A stretch of 64,000 nucleotides of DNA, taken from positions 1-64,000 of the IMG/VR virus record IMGVR_UViG_3300014208_000004, one strand, 5' to 3'. The position numbers and the translations under genes were made by a program. Below the pieces are notes generated by a model, which was not told where the DNA came from, ran no database searches, and saw only the letters and a program-made list of their open reading frames with translations. Below are positions 1 through 10,098 of this stretch, one piece after another (the stretch's first letter is position 1; the number at the start of each line of letters is the position of its first letter). The DNA is from a virus.

Positions 1-1
1 A

Positions 2-334
2 AGCCCAGCAGGAGCAGTTGCAACAGCATTTGAAGTGTACCGCCGGGATTCTACATTGACCGCCGATACGGATTATCGTTATTTGTTCACTGCAGCAATC
101 GGAACAGCATCGGATGACGGTGCATGGTTACCAAACACCAGTTGTGCATTCCTTATTGAATGGGACACAGACCAGGTATGTGCATTGCATCAATTGATGG
201 ATGTAATGAGATTCCCGCTTGCAAACGTAGCTGATAGCGTACGTTGGTTACAACGAATGTATACTGCACTTTTGGTATACAATCCAAAACGAGTAGTTGT
301 TTACAAAAATATCGGTTCAACCCCTAACCCATAA
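2..334 (+). CDS. Major capsid protein, C-terminal fragment (starts before the window)
   Basis: Frame is open from base 2. LHQLMDVMRFPLANVADSVRWLQRMYTALLVYNPKRVVVYKNIG resembles the C-terminus of SPO1/Twort-like capsid proteins and lies upstream of the neck and tail genes. Confidence 0.8.
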   Translation, partial: SPAGAVATAFEVYRRDSTLTADTDYRYLFTAAIGTASDDGAWLPNTSCAFLIEWDTDQVCALHQLMDVMRFPLANVADSVRWLQRMYTALLVYNPKRVVVYKNIGSTPNP

Positions 335-354
335 GGTTAGGGCTTTACTTCTTT
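322..354 (+). terminator. Probable intrinsic terminator after the capsid gene
   Basis: CCCTAACC-cataa-GGTTAGGG hairpin followed by a T-rich tract. Confidence 0.55.
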
Positions 355-382
355 CAATCACAATCTACGAAGGAACACGAAA

Positions 383-934
383 ATGAAATTCACGAAAATT
401 TTATCGATCATTATATTTATGGTGTCATTGGTTGCTACATTGCCTGAGAGCGGAAACGCTCAATCGCAAACAGCACAATGGAATCAGAAATATACCGCAA
501 TGGCCATAGACTCAGCCCTTGCCGATGCAGGATCAAAAACAAGTCAACCAGTTGTTCTTTGGAACTATTCCCGGACGGGAGCGGCCGCATCTCAGGTAAA
601 TTATTTTACAAAAGCCTACGTTGCAGTTTCCGCAAAACAAACAAATGATTCCATACGCGCAAATGTTTTCTTATTGTATGGGAATAATATTGCAAGTGGA
701 ACTTTAGGGAAAGATTATTTCAAAGTTTGGGTAGACTCATTATATGCAGGAGTTGACAGTATTGGAACGCGACATGTCAATATTAAAATCGATGTATCAG
801 CATACACTACGTTTCCACAACTTGCCGTTATGGTTACAGGCAAATATTGGGGTAACGGATATGTGCCTACTTGGAGAGCATATTTTGGTGGAGTAGGAAC
901 CGACATGAAGTTAACTCCAAATACAACACCATAA
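383..934 (+). CDS. Signal-peptide protein, possible capsid decoration protein
   Basis: MKFTK, hydrophobic core, GNA|Q cleavage site. Beta-rich, with four D-S-(A/I/L) motifs. Directly follows the capsid gene; RBS GAAGGA. Confidence 0.6.
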   Translation: MKFTKILSIIIFMVSLVATLPESGNAQSQTAQWNQKYTAMAIDSALADAGSKTSQPVVLWNYSRTGAAASQVNYFTKAYVAVSAKQTNDSIRANVFLLYGNNIASGTLGKDYFKVWVDSLYAGVDSIGTRHVNIKIDVSAYTTFPQLAVMVTGKYWGNGYVPTWRAYFGGVGTDMKLTPNTTP

Positions 935-962
935 TTAAAATATTCATATTAACACCATCCAG

Positions 963-1000
963 AAGGTAGAAGGACAAAAACCCTTCTACCTTTTTTTATT
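963..1000 (+). terminator. Intrinsic terminator
   Basis: AAGGTAGAAGG / CCTTCTACCTT stem followed by a T run. Confidence 0.8.
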
Positions 1001-1027
1001 CAAACCATAAAGAGAAAAGGGAAAGTT

Positions 1028-1720
1028 ATGAAACATTATTTTCAGCACCCCAAAAGAACAGACGGATCATTGAACACATCAAAGGGAAAAATTGATTTTG
1101 TTACAGATGAATTTAATCGACCCGGAATATTTGCGATTCCGCATACCGAAGAAACACTTCCGGTAATTGAAGCACTACAGCAATTAAAATTGAAAGACAT
1201 CGGGGAGCCAACCACCGCCGAAAAAAAAGAAATTGAAAAAATCAATGCATCGCAAACAGGAACATTAACATTTTCATTGCCTAAAGGATTCAAATCCCCG
1301 GTTCACACATCAGCCGGAGATATCCCGTTTGTCAATGGACTTGCAACCGTTCATGGCAAACAAGCAGATATTCTCATAGCACTCAAATATCCAGTAGTTA
1401 ATGCAATCAAAGAAACCCCGCAAGATCAAAGCCCCAAAATTCTAATTGTCCCAACACGAGAAGAATATGCTATTGCTGGGTATGATCCTGAAAAATTCGA
1501 TACAGCCTTTCCTGGATTAAATCCCGGCGATAAATACACTGAAGAACAGTTGGACGAGAATAAAAAGAAAGCATCCGAAAAATTGCAGGATGAAAACAAA
1601 AAATTGACCTTCAAACAATTGAAACTCATTGCAAAAGAAAACGGCATCGAAACAAAAGACGTAACAGAGGAAGCATTGACCGCTACCTTGAAAGAAAAAA
1701 ATCTTTTACCAAACCAGTAA
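1028..1720 (+). CDS. Hypothetical protein with C-terminal Rho-N/HeH-like helical motif
   Basis: LTFKQLKLIAKENGIETKDVTEEALTATLKE; such genes commonly follow capsid genes. Confidence 0.55.
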   Translation: MKHYFQHPKRTDGSLNTSKGKIDFVTDEFNRPGIFAIPHTEETLPVIEALQQLKLKDIGEPTTAEKKEIEKINASQTGTLTFSLPKGFKSPVHTSAGDIPFVNGLATVHGKQADILIALKYPVVNAIKETPQDQSPKILIVPTREEYAIAGYDPEKFDTAFPGLNPGDKYTEEQLDENKKKASEKLQDENKKLTFKQLKLIAKENGIETKDVTEEALTATLKEKNLLPNQ

Positions 1721-1740
1721 TATTTAGAAGGAAAACTACA

Positions 1741-2187
1741 ATGAAAAATATAATCGTTTTATCTATCTTAGCAATTCAATTTTCTTTCTCCCAGGGATTA
1801 TCTATTAATACCAACGAGGGATTGAAAAAAGTTTCAGGTATGACTTACAACTATGAATCAATCATGCCCGATAGCGCAACGATATTTCTTAGTAAAGAAA
1901 ATGCATCAACAGCATACCTTGCTTTATCAAAAGTAAAAGCAGGACTTGATTCATTTGCAACAACCAACCTTACAAAGGAAATAACAGTTACAGGCGCAAT
2001 CGTTGGAGGTGCAGTTATAGTAACGCCGGCATACCCAGCATACTCAGCAACAGCAGATACGGGATTTCAATACTCTGGAGTTGTAAAAGCTGGAGGAGGA
2101 GCAATTACAATTACAAGGTCAGCATATCATGCAGGAGGAGTGCCAAAAAGCGCAGGCATCTTTAACTATCTGTACATTAAACCATAA
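1741..2187 (+). CDS. Signal-peptide protein, head decoration/spike-like
   Basis: MKNIIVLSILAIQFSFS|Q. The segment ITVTGAIVGGAVIVTP resembles small phage decoration proteins. All three Asp residues are followed by S or T. Confidence 0.55.
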   Translation: MKNIIVLSILAIQFSFSQGLSINTNEGLKKVSGMTYNYESIMPDSATIFLSKENASTAYLALSKVKAGLDSFATTNLTKEITVTGAIVGGAVIVTPAYPAYSATADTGFQYSGVVKAGGGAITITRSAYHAGGVPKSAGIFNYLYIKP

Positions 2188-2219
2188 TTATTTATTACAC
2201 AATCAAAAATGGAAATCAA

Positions 2220-2660
2220 ATGAAGATTGTTTTGTTTTTAATTGACTATGTGACATTATTTTTTCTATTGCAATTGCCAAGCCAGCAGTCTCAATCAATT
2301 GCCGACTTCCCTACTTTCCAAGGAGCCGTCTGGATATTGCTACTTGGATTAATTGCAACGGTAGTATGGTTCCTAAAAACAAATTCAAAAAAAACAGATC
2401 AGAAATTTTCCGATATGGAAACAAGAATAACGGAAAATGAAGATAAATACAATGACCGAGTAGAAAAACTTACAGAAAAATTGAATGGATTTGAAAAAAC
2501 CGTTATTAGTCAAAACGGTGATACTAAAGTACACTATCAAGACAAAATCCACGAAATGGAACGTAATATTTTGGAAGCTATAAACTCATTAAAAGAACAT
2601 TCTTATAAAGAGTTTGCAACCAAGGATGAAATGAAGGAAGTCCGAGAAAAAATAAAATAG
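2220..2660 (+). CDS. Membrane protein with C-terminal coiled coil (holin/antiholin-like)
   Basis: Hydrophobic N-terminus, TM segment GAVWILLLGLIATVVWFL, then a charged coiled coil. Confidence 0.55.
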   Translation: MKIVLFLIDYVTLFFLLQLPSQQSQSIADFPTFQGAVWILLLGLIATVVWFLKTNSKKTDQKFSDMETRITENEDKYNDRVEKLTEKLNGFEKTVISQNGDTKVHYQDKIHEMERNILEAINSLKEHSYKEFATKDEMKEVREKIK

Positions 2661-2669
2661 GATGGGATA

Positions 2670-3086
2670 ATGAGCGCGTACGATCAAGCAATAGCAAAAA
2701 TCAAACGCACATTAGGGGAACCAAGAAAAATACTGATAGTAGAGGACGAAGATTTAACAAGATCAGTCCTTAAAGGTTATTTTGAAGACAATGGATGTGC
2801 GGTTCTAGAGGGTGGAGATGGAATTAAAGCATTAACACTTTTTGAGAGCAATAGTGATATTGACCTTATTATCACTGATTTAAGAATGCCAAGGATGGAC
2901 GGCATTGAATTAATAAAAACAATCCGAGAAACAAATAAATCAATTCCAATTATCGTATTGACGGGTTTCCCAAACTACAACGACATACAAAGAATAGTTT
3001 CTAACGGATGGGTAGTTATGATAGGAAAGCCATTTAATATTGATGATATTGGAAGTATCTTTAAGTCATTTTTTGAAGGAGCATAA
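2670..3086 (+). CDS. Single-domain response regulator (CheY-like receiver)
   Basis: KILIVEDE acidic pocket, ITDLRMPRMDG phospho-Asp, IIVLTG and GKPF are all present. No output domain. Confidence 0.92.
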   Translation: MSAYDQAIAKIKRTLGEPRKILIVEDEDLTRSVLKGYFEDNGCAVLEGGDGIKALTLFESNSDIDLIITDLRMPRMDGIELIKTIRETNKSIPIIVLTGFPNYNDIQRIVSNGWVVMIGKPFNIDDIGSIFKSFFEGA

Positions 3087-3088
3087 TT

Positions 3089-3541
3089 ATGGAAAATCTT
3101 CATTTATTTTGGAATCAGTATTCAAACTATATTATTATTATTTTATCAATTTTTCTTTCGTTCTTAGCGGGGAAAAATAATGGAGTAATAAAGGCAATTG
3201 CAGATGTGTATGATGTTATAAAAACAGTTGTTGTATTTTTTGCAAAATCTCTTTCAGAGGAAGACGGCAACGGAGGGAAACCAAGTTTTAGTAGAATACT
3301 TGGAACGTACGCCTTGTTTGAGATAGTAGCAATGGCATGGGTGAAATTATATGCACCAACGACCTATTCTATTCCGGCAGAAATGATGACTCTATTTTAT
3401 TTTACAATCGGATATGCAATGTTAAGTAAGGTATTTTCAACAGCCAGTCCTTTACTTCAACAATTGATTGCTGCATATTTGCAGAAAGTTCAAAATTTAG
3501 CGTTACCACAAAACAAACCAGCCGATTCAACGAAAGCCTAA
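3089..3541 (+). CDS. Multi-pass membrane protein, putative holin
   Basis: Three to four hydrophobic helices; LSEEDGNGGKPSFSRILG loop of a kind seen in phage holin-like proteins. Confidence 0.5.
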   Translation: MENLHLFWNQYSNYIIIILSIFLSFLAGKNNGVIKAIADVYDVIKTVVVFFAKSLSEEDGNGGKPSFSRILGTYALFEIVAMAWVKLYAPTTYSIPAEMMTLFYFTIGYAMLSKVFSTASPLLQQLIAAYLQKVQNLALPQNKPADSTKA

Positions 3542-3543
3542 TA

Positions 3544-4641
3544 ATGAAACAAGTAATCCGGGAAAATACAAATCGAATTTATCTTGAAGATGCAAATTTT
3601 ATCGAAAATCTTTTTACGGTAACGGTAAGTATATTCGATGAAGCGGGAAACTTTGCAAAAGATTCTACAAACGCAGACATTCAAGATAAAACGGCAATAT
3701 TTGATACAACACTTAATCAATATTATATTGAAATATTATTCTTGCCAACACTTCCAATCGGATATTTAAGAGCATTTTGGGATGTAATAAAAATATCCGA
3801 TGGAGTAACTCAAAATGTTAATTCAGCATATACACCACAGGATTTAGAACTTGTATCATACGCAGGAGCAACAAGTCAAGAACCACAAATAGTGCCAATA
3901 TCTTTTTTCCTTGATAACTACGTAATGAAAAATGAAAAGTTAGATGCACAATACAAACAGGCCATTGATACGTATATTGCCTCCAATCGCAATGATATAT
4001 CACGTTGGCTTATGGCATCTCAGGGGAATTTAGAACTTACAACTAAACTCACATTTTTTACGAAACAAGAAACAATAAAATCGGATTATTATTCACAAAT
4101 ATTCCAAAATGAATATTGGTTACAACAGCCATACAACCGTCCGGTAATATCTTTAGAATCATTCAAACTTGTTTACGGAGCGCAGGAAGTGGATCTCATA
4201 ACAGAGATAAAGAATTTTATTATTGTAGATCAAAAGATGGGAACACTTCAATTCCTTCCAATTAGCACATCGGGAACTTTCTACCAGGTGTTGATGATGA
4301 ATATCAATGCATTAGCATTGACCGCAGCATTTAATACGGGGTCAGTAATACCAAGCCTATTTCATTATACATATACCTATGGATTAAATTTTATTACACT
4401 TGACCAATCAATGAAAGAAAGTATTCGGCAAGCAATAAGCCGAAATACACTTATTCGATTGTTACCAATTATCGATCCTTCGGTAAGAATAACAAGTTCA
4501 TCAAAATCTATGGATGGAGTAAGTAAAAGTCAAACCAGCGGTATTGCTGCAATGTTGAAAGAATTCAAAGAAGAAGAAAAACAATGGGTTGCTGATATAA
4601 AAATGAAATACGGAACTATGATTGACATGGCAATTGCCTAA
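3544..4641 (+). CDS. Head-tail connector/neck protein
   Basis: Position in the module; C-terminal ITSSSKSMDGVSKSQTS motif typical of SPO1-like adaptor proteins. Confidence 0.65.
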   Translation: MKQVIRENTNRIYLEDANFIENLFTVTVSIFDEAGNFAKDSTNADIQDKTAIFDTTLNQYYIEILFLPTLPIGYLRAFWDVIKISDGVTQNVNSAYTPQDLELVSYAGATSQEPQIVPISFFLDNYVMKNEKLDAQYKQAIDTYIASNRNDISRWLMASQGNLELTTKLTFFTKQETIKSDYYSQIFQNEYWLQQPYNRPVISLESFKLVYGAQEVDLITEIKNFIIVDQKMGTLQFLPISTSGTFYQVLMMNINALALTAAFNTGSVIPSLFHYTYTYGLNFITLDQSMKESIRQAISRNTLIRLLPIIDPSVRITSSSKSMDGVSKSQTSGIAAMLKEFKEEEKQWVADIKMKYGTMIDMAIA

Positions 4642-4652
4642 AGGAAACTACC

Positions 4653-5546
4653 ATGGGAATAATTTGGGATGAATACGATAACGAGGATATGTTTCAGGAA
4701 TTTTCAACGCCGTTCCTTTGGTTCCAGGCAAGACAAAGCCCCGCACTCCGAGAAGGATTGAATAAAACAAATACCGGAGCAATCTTTGGATATTACTACG
4801 AAGCGCAAGTAGCAGTTGACTTAGTAAGAACATCAATTAATTTATTTATAACCAATTCAGATAACGGACGGATATATAAAGGAGGATGCAAACTTCAAAT
4901 TCCACCAACAAAGTATGTCAATAGTGCATTTGTAAGACTTCCAATTTTTGATAATATTTTCAAAGGTGATGTTTTAGTAGCATTAAATAAACCAATCCGA
5001 GACTTTGACGTACTCACAAAAGGAATACGAGACAAAGTATTTGCATTTGATATAAAAACAATTCTTTCAGTTACAGCCGTTGATGCAAACAGCCAAGAAG
5101 TAACATATTATTATGGAACCGACTATGTTATAAAAATAGACGGAATAGAATATACGGTAATTGCAAACCAACTTTATCCAATTGGAGAAGGACAAGTTGG
5201 AGTTATACCAGCCGGAGGCCAGCCTTACCCAATTACATTTGCCGAAAACAATTCAAGCATTAATGTAAAATCAAATATTGAAATTATTTGGACGGTAGAT
5301 GGGAAACATCCAGCCGAAGGAGAAAAATACGGAATAGAATTTACTTGTTCGCCAAACTATGTAGTATGGGATAATGCTCCAAAGCCACGAGGAACAAGCG
5401 ACAATGATTTATCAAAAGTAGTATTATGTGTGAAACGAGCATTTTTCAATGACTCTCCAAACCCATTAGATAAGATTGATACAAATCAAAAAATAATGGG
5501 ACACAATCCAGTCTATGTTGACCAAGATTATGATGATAATGTGTAA
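4653..5546 (+). CDS. Head closure/neck protein
   Basis: Synteny; LWFQARQSP near the N-terminus and GEKYGIEFTCSPNYVV near the C-terminus. Confidence 0.5.
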   Translation: MGIIWDEYDNEDMFQEFSTPFLWFQARQSPALREGLNKTNTGAIFGYYYEAQVAVDLVRTSINLFITNSDNGRIYKGGCKLQIPPTKYVNSAFVRLPIFDNIFKGDVLVALNKPIRDFDVLTKGIRDKVFAFDIKTILSVTAVDANSQEVTYYYGTDYVIKIDGIEYTVIANQLYPIGEGQVGVIPAGGQPYPITFAENNSSINVKSNIEIIWTVDGKHPAEGEKYGIEFTCSPNYVVWDNAPKPRGTSDNDLSKVVLCVKRAFFNDSPNPLDKIDTNQKIMGHNPVYVDQDYDDNV

Positions 5547-5604
5547 TATTGATTTGTCAAATTAAAATGTGTAATTTAATCTCATAAAATTAACGGAGAA
5601 GTCA

Positions 5605-6213
5605 ATGGAAAGTTTATCCTTCAAAAAACCGCAACAGTCAAATCTTTCAGTCTTACTTAAAAATTATCTCTCTGAAAATCTTGGGGTCAAAGATAATAAA
5701 ATAATCAAAAGCCTAATTCAGCGAGCAGAAGATTTTAATTGCGAAATTATAAAATCTTTACCAAAGCATAATTTTGGATCACTGCATTTTAATTCACACC
5801 CGGCAATCCAAAAATCAAAACATAGTTATACCGGACAGAGCAACGAGGAATTGAATTATTTGCCGTCAATCATTGTAACCGAGTACGACAAAAAAGGGAA
5901 TTTTGTAGAAACAAAAATATGTACAGCTCCCATGATATTTGAAGAACCTTCAGCATACAATGATGAATGTTTTTGGTTACTCATATCCAATTTGTCAAAA
6001 AATAAATGGAGCAATACAGAAAAACGTTTAGACTTCATTGAAGATGCAGTAAAAGAATTGCAGAGCCGTGACAAAGAGCGAAAGAGAAAAGCAAAAGAAT
6101 ACGCAACCCTAAAAGAAAATGAACCCTTAAAAGCTGAATCATACGACTTAAAGGAAAAATTTTTTTGGGGAGCAAAAAGTTTTTACGGTGTTCCATTTAT
6201 TCCGTTTGAATAA
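5605..6213 (+). CDS. Hypothetical protein, possibly head-packaged (repeated IxKS motifs)
   Basis: RBS GGAG; motifs IIKS (twice), IQKS and LKA; possible own promoter TTGATT-17-TAATTT near 5549. Confidence 0.45.
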   Translation: MESLSFKKPQQSNLSVLLKNYLSENLGVKDNKIIKSLIQRAEDFNCEIIKSLPKHNFGSLHFNSHPAIQKSKHSYTGQSNEELNYLPSIIVTEYDKKGNFVETKICTAPMIFEEPSAYNDECFWLLISNLSKNKWSNTEKRLDFIEDAVKELQSRDKERKRKAKEYATLKENEPLKAESYDLKEKFFWGAKSFYGVPFIPFE

Positions 6214-6215
6214 AA

Positions 6216-7076
6216 ATGTTAATCCCAACATTCCGAATCAATACCGACTTATCAGTTTTGTCATTTCTTGAAAAAGGAAATGAACAATTCCAAGATCAAT
6301 TACAAATAGTAGTACGGCACTTTTCAGAAGTTGCGCTAAAGACATGGCACAATGAAGCAAATTTATCATTAAAAAATCCAACAAAATATATTGCCGGATT
6401 AGATAACACGCCACAATATCCATTCGATGGAAATCCGTTTCACGCAAGAATAGAAAACCAAGAAGATTTTGCATTTTACATAGAGTATGGAACAAAACCA
6501 TACGATATGAAGAAAATGTTATTGACTTCCAGTAAAGTAAAACAAGGCAAAAATGGGAAATATCTTATTATTCCATTTACTCATTCAAAAGAATCATTAA
6601 ATGCAGCAGGACTTGGCAAAGAAGTAGAATCATTAGCACCGTCCCGCAGACAAGTTCCAACGGCGATCGATCCCAGAAAATATAAATGGGGCGAACATAC
6701 TTCAGATATGGGAAACTACGGACGGGAAAGAAAAATATTTTCCGTTAATTATGATAAATTTGCACAAGAACGTCAAGGGCAAAAAGGAGTAATGACCTAT
6801 TATCGAGCCGGATCAGCATTCGCATCAGGAGTAAACTATAATTGGAAAGCATCAAAGTTTGAAGGAATAGTACGAATGGTAGATAATCAAGGCAAGACTA
6901 GCGAATATATTTCATTCAGAGTAATGAGTGAAAATAGTCCCGCTGATAGCTGGATACATCCAGGAATTAGGGCAAGCCACATCGCAGAAAATACCGCAAA
7001 CATAATAAAACCTCAGTTTCAAGAAGCAATTGCAAAGGTTATCAAAGATTCTTTTGGAAGAACAGGCATTTCTTAA
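6216..7076 (+). CDS. Neck/tail-completion protein
   Basis: AFYIEYGTKPYDMK, GKYLIIPF and FRVMSENSPADSWIHPG motifs; synteny. Confidence 0.65.
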   Translation: MLIPTFRINTDLSVLSFLEKGNEQFQDQLQIVVRHFSEVALKTWHNEANLSLKNPTKYIAGLDNTPQYPFDGNPFHARIENQEDFAFYIEYGTKPYDMKKMLLTSSKVKQGKNGKYLIIPFTHSKESLNAAGLGKEVESLAPSRRQVPTAIDPRKYKWGEHTSDMGNYGRERKIFSVNYDKFAQERQGQKGVMTYYRAGSAFASGVNYNWKASKFEGIVRMVDNQGKTSEYISFRVMSENSPADSWIHPGIRASHIAENTANIIKPQFQEAIAKVIKDSFGRTGIS

Positions 7077-7116
7077 AATAACAAAACTAACCTAATTTCT
7101 ACACTCCAAGAAAATT

Positions 7117-7157
7117 ATATTTGTTTGTCACAATTTGATGACAAACGATATTTTTTT
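7117..7157 (+). terminator. Hairpin plus T run (terminator or operator palindrome)
   Basis: GTTTGTCA-caatttga-TGACAAAC followed by a T run. Confidence 0.5.
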
Positions 7158-7184
7158 AATCCTACTTTTTAATTTCATACTTTT

Positions 7185-8105
7185 GTGGTTAATCCGATTA
7201 CATCATTTACCATAACAGCAGACCCCTTTGGAGGATCACTCATTTTAGAATGGGAATATCCTACGCCAATGCCAGCATCTTGGAAACTGTATATTTTCAA
7301 GAAAGCTAATTCTGCACCAGAAGACAGCGATATAGCAAAGTACTTTGCCGGCACTCTTACCAACGAGCAATTAAAACAATTAGGATTATTTGTATTTCAA
7401 GAAATTCCTCAAACGATAAATTATCGATCATTCTATGACTTAACTGTAAAAAATACTATTCCGTATTATTATAAAGCCGTTATTAAAAATTTGATAGACA
7501 ATGAATTATCAACAATCATTTCTGCAAGTGGAACTGCCAATCCAAACTTTGCAATCAATGTCATTGATGGGAAAAGCATCGTCTATAATGCAGTGAAAAA
7601 AGTGATTGATTCTTTGAATAGTTATGTGGGAACAAAACCAGAAGTACCGTTAAACATAAATATTCAAAGAAATTATTCACCGATGAAACCAGATGACACG
7701 GGATTTCAGATTGTTGTTTCACGCGGAGCCGGGCAATTAGCAAACCAAAGTTTTTCGCAGCGTTTTGGAACAGATGGACATGACTTAGTAAACGGAGTAA
7801 TTGATAAAGATGTTATTACAATTGAATGGATATGCACAGCCGATCCATTACGTAGGGATAATTTCACCAATATCATGAGAGTAATGAGACCAATCATGTT
7901 TCATTACATTATGAAGATGGGAAATAATAATATCCAATCGGTATCATTTATTATGGGGGGAGACGGACAAGCAATGCCAGAGAATGGAGCAAACCTACTT
8001 ACTGGAATGATGACTATAGCACTTGATATTCAGAATCAATTACAAATTGGGAATGCAATCACAAAACTTCCCCTTCAATCAATTACAACAACATACGAGG
8101 TATAA
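7185..8105 (+). CDS. Tail terminator-like virion protein (start uncertain)
   Basis: 306 aa ORF just upstream of the sheath gene; Ig/FN3-like N-terminus (LILEWEYP ... YYYKAV). Confidence 0.5.
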   Translation: MVNPITSFTITADPFGGSLILEWEYPTPMPASWKLYIFKKANSAPEDSDIAKYFAGTLTNEQLKQLGLFVFQEIPQTINYRSFYDLTVKNTIPYYYKAVIKNLIDNELSTIISASGTANPNFAINVIDGKSIVYNAVKKVIDSLNSYVGTKPEVPLNINIQRNYSPMKPDDTGFQIVVSRGAGQLANQSFSQRFGTDGHDLVNGVIDKDVITIEWICTADPLRRDNFTNIMRVMRPIMFHYIMKMGNNNIQSVSFIMGGDGQAMPENGANLLTGMMTIALDIQNQLQIGNAITKLPLQSITTTYEV

Positions 8106-8107
8106 TA

Positions 8108-8335
8108 ATGGAAGACGAAATTACTACAAATTCAAAAAAGAATTCTAAGATTATTCAGAAAGAAGAAGAACCAAAAATAAATCTTGGAACTTTTGTTGTC
8201 ATTAAAAAATTGACACCAGGACGGAAAGTAAGGGTTGAACAATTCTTACGCGAAGCAAAAGATACCGAAACAGAAAAAACAATAAATGCATGGGAAGATA
8301 TTTATAACCAATGCATGAGCCGAATAACAACTTAA
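8108..8335 (+). CDS. Small hypothetical protein before the sheath gene
   Basis: RBS GAGG; position. Confidence 0.6.
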   Translation: MEDEITTNSKKNSKIIQKEEEPKINLGTFVVIKKLTPGRKVRVEQFLREAKDTETEKTINAWEDIYNQCMSRITT

Positions 8336-8356
8336 TTATAATTATCATAAGGAGAC

Positions 8357-10075
8357 ATGATCATGTCATTAACATTAGGTGGAGTAGTTTATAATGTGCC
8401 CGGAGCCTTTGCAATAACCGAGGTAATAAATCAAGGAGGTAGCACAATCCCGATCTTCAACGTAGGTTGCATTATCGGTACAGGAATCTCAGGTATCCCG
8501 TATTTAAATGGCATCGGAACACCGCCAGCACTTACGGCAGATGAATTCATTTTACCATTCTCAGATACCGGAGCAGCAAAAGCATATTTTGGCGATGAAG
8601 GAGATTCAAACATCGTTACAGCTCTCAAATATGCAAAGAAAACTGGAGCCGGATCAGTGTACACAATCAACGTTAATCCATTGACAGCGATGTCAGGAGG
8701 AACGATTGCAAACGTAACACCAGTGACAGCGTTAACACTCAATACAACATTGAAACAATATGGAGTGAAAGCAAACGATACATCACTTACGATTGCAACA
8801 AGTATTCACACTATTATTCCAGTGAAGAACGTAACACTTCTTACGGCAAATAGTGGAACAGGAAAAACATTCTCGGTAGCAAGCGCAGATGTAATAGATC
8901 GATTGAATGTGGGAGATACAATTTACATTAACACCAATACATACGCAGCCCCAGTATCAAAAGTAATTGAAAGCAAAGATTCAGTTGCAAAAACAATTAC
9001 TGTTACGGTAGCAATTGCAGTGACAGCTTTGATTGCAGACTATGCACGTATCTATCAAGAAGATACGGACAATCAGGAAGTATCCGAAGCATTGACCACA
9101 CCGGCACTTGTTGAAGCATTTTACGCAACATCAAAATATGCAAGCGTAGTAGTTGCAGCAGGAGTTACGGTTATGCCAGTAACACTTGCAAAAACAAATT
9201 TCCAGAATATTACATCGGCGACAAAAGCAACCAGTCCGGCAGCAACAGCAAGCGATTGGGAAGCGATTACAGAAAACTTCCAACGATGGAATGAAGAATT
9301 TGCGCTTGTCAATAAAAAGTATATAAGAGTATTGAATCTCATTACAAGCGATGCAGCAAACCACGCATCATTTGCGACACTTGCAACTACAATGAGAGGT
9401 GTCAGTAAACCAATTGCCTTGATTGCAGGATGTGCATTGGGAGATTATCTATTGGCAACAAGCGATGCAGCAAGCCCAATAACAAGAGCAAAAGCATTAA
9501 ACAGTGATGCTATTCAACTTGCACAAGTTGGATTAGACGGCAATGCGGCATATCTATCAATGTCACCAGAAATATTTGGTATCAGAATCAGCAACGCAAT
9601 TACTCATAACCAGACCAATGATTTATTGGTAGCTACCACGGTAGAGAAAGCATATTATCAGGAAGATGCAGCACTTGATACATTATGCGTAAACGGAGTA
9701 ATGGCAATCAAGATGACACCAACAGGATTCAAACTTGCACAGGGACTTACTACCTATCAAGACCACGCAACAACATTCAACACCGATACAAAGATGACCT
9801 ATCTTGTAACACTTAGAGATTTGGCAGACTTTGATTTACGTTTGATGTTAGAATTACTGGATCAATTTGTTGGAGCCGATGGAGTAACAAGAGAAATACT
9901 TTCCAGTGCGATTGTTCAAGCAAGTGAGACCGAACAAAACCAGTTGCAATACATTACATCATATCAGATTCAAAGCATTACACGAACTGGAAACGCATGG
10001 ACAGTTGAACGAACAATCACATTGCCGGGAGTAACGGACTTTATCGGACTCATTAACACAATCATTGTTGATTAA
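8357..10075 (+). CDS. Contractile tail sheath protein
   Basis: N-terminal YNVPGAF and IIGTGISGIP; C-terminal NGVMAIK, AQGLTTYQ and LDQFVG; Ala/Thr-rich; RBS AGGAG. Confidence 0.85.
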   Translation: MIMSLTLGGVVYNVPGAFAITEVINQGGSTIPIFNVGCIIGTGISGIPYLNGIGTPPALTADEFILPFSDTGAAKAYFGDEGDSNIVTALKYAKKTGAGSVYTINVNPLTAMSGGTIANVTPVTALTLNTTLKQYGVKANDTSLTIATSIHTIIPVKNVTLLTANSGTGKTFSVASADVIDRLNVGDTIYINTNTYAAPVSKVIESKDSVAKTITVTVAIAVTALIADYARIYQEDTDNQEVSEALTTPALVEAFYATSKYASVVVAAGVTVMPVTLAKTNFQNITSATKATSPAATASDWEAITENFQRWNEEFALVNKKYIRVLNLITSDAANHASFATLATTMRGVSKPIALIAGCALGDYLLATSDAASPITRAKALNSDAIQLAQVGLDGNAAYLSMSPEIFGIRISNAITHNQTNDLLVATTVEKAYYQEDAALDTLCVNGVMAIKMTPTGFKLAQGLTTYQDHATTFNTDTKMTYLVTLRDLADFDLRLMLELLDQFVGADGVTREILSSAIVQASETEQNQLQYITSYQIQSITRTGNAWTVERTITLPGVTDFIGLINTIIVD

Positions 10076-10098
10076 TTAATCAAAAAGGAATTATTATC

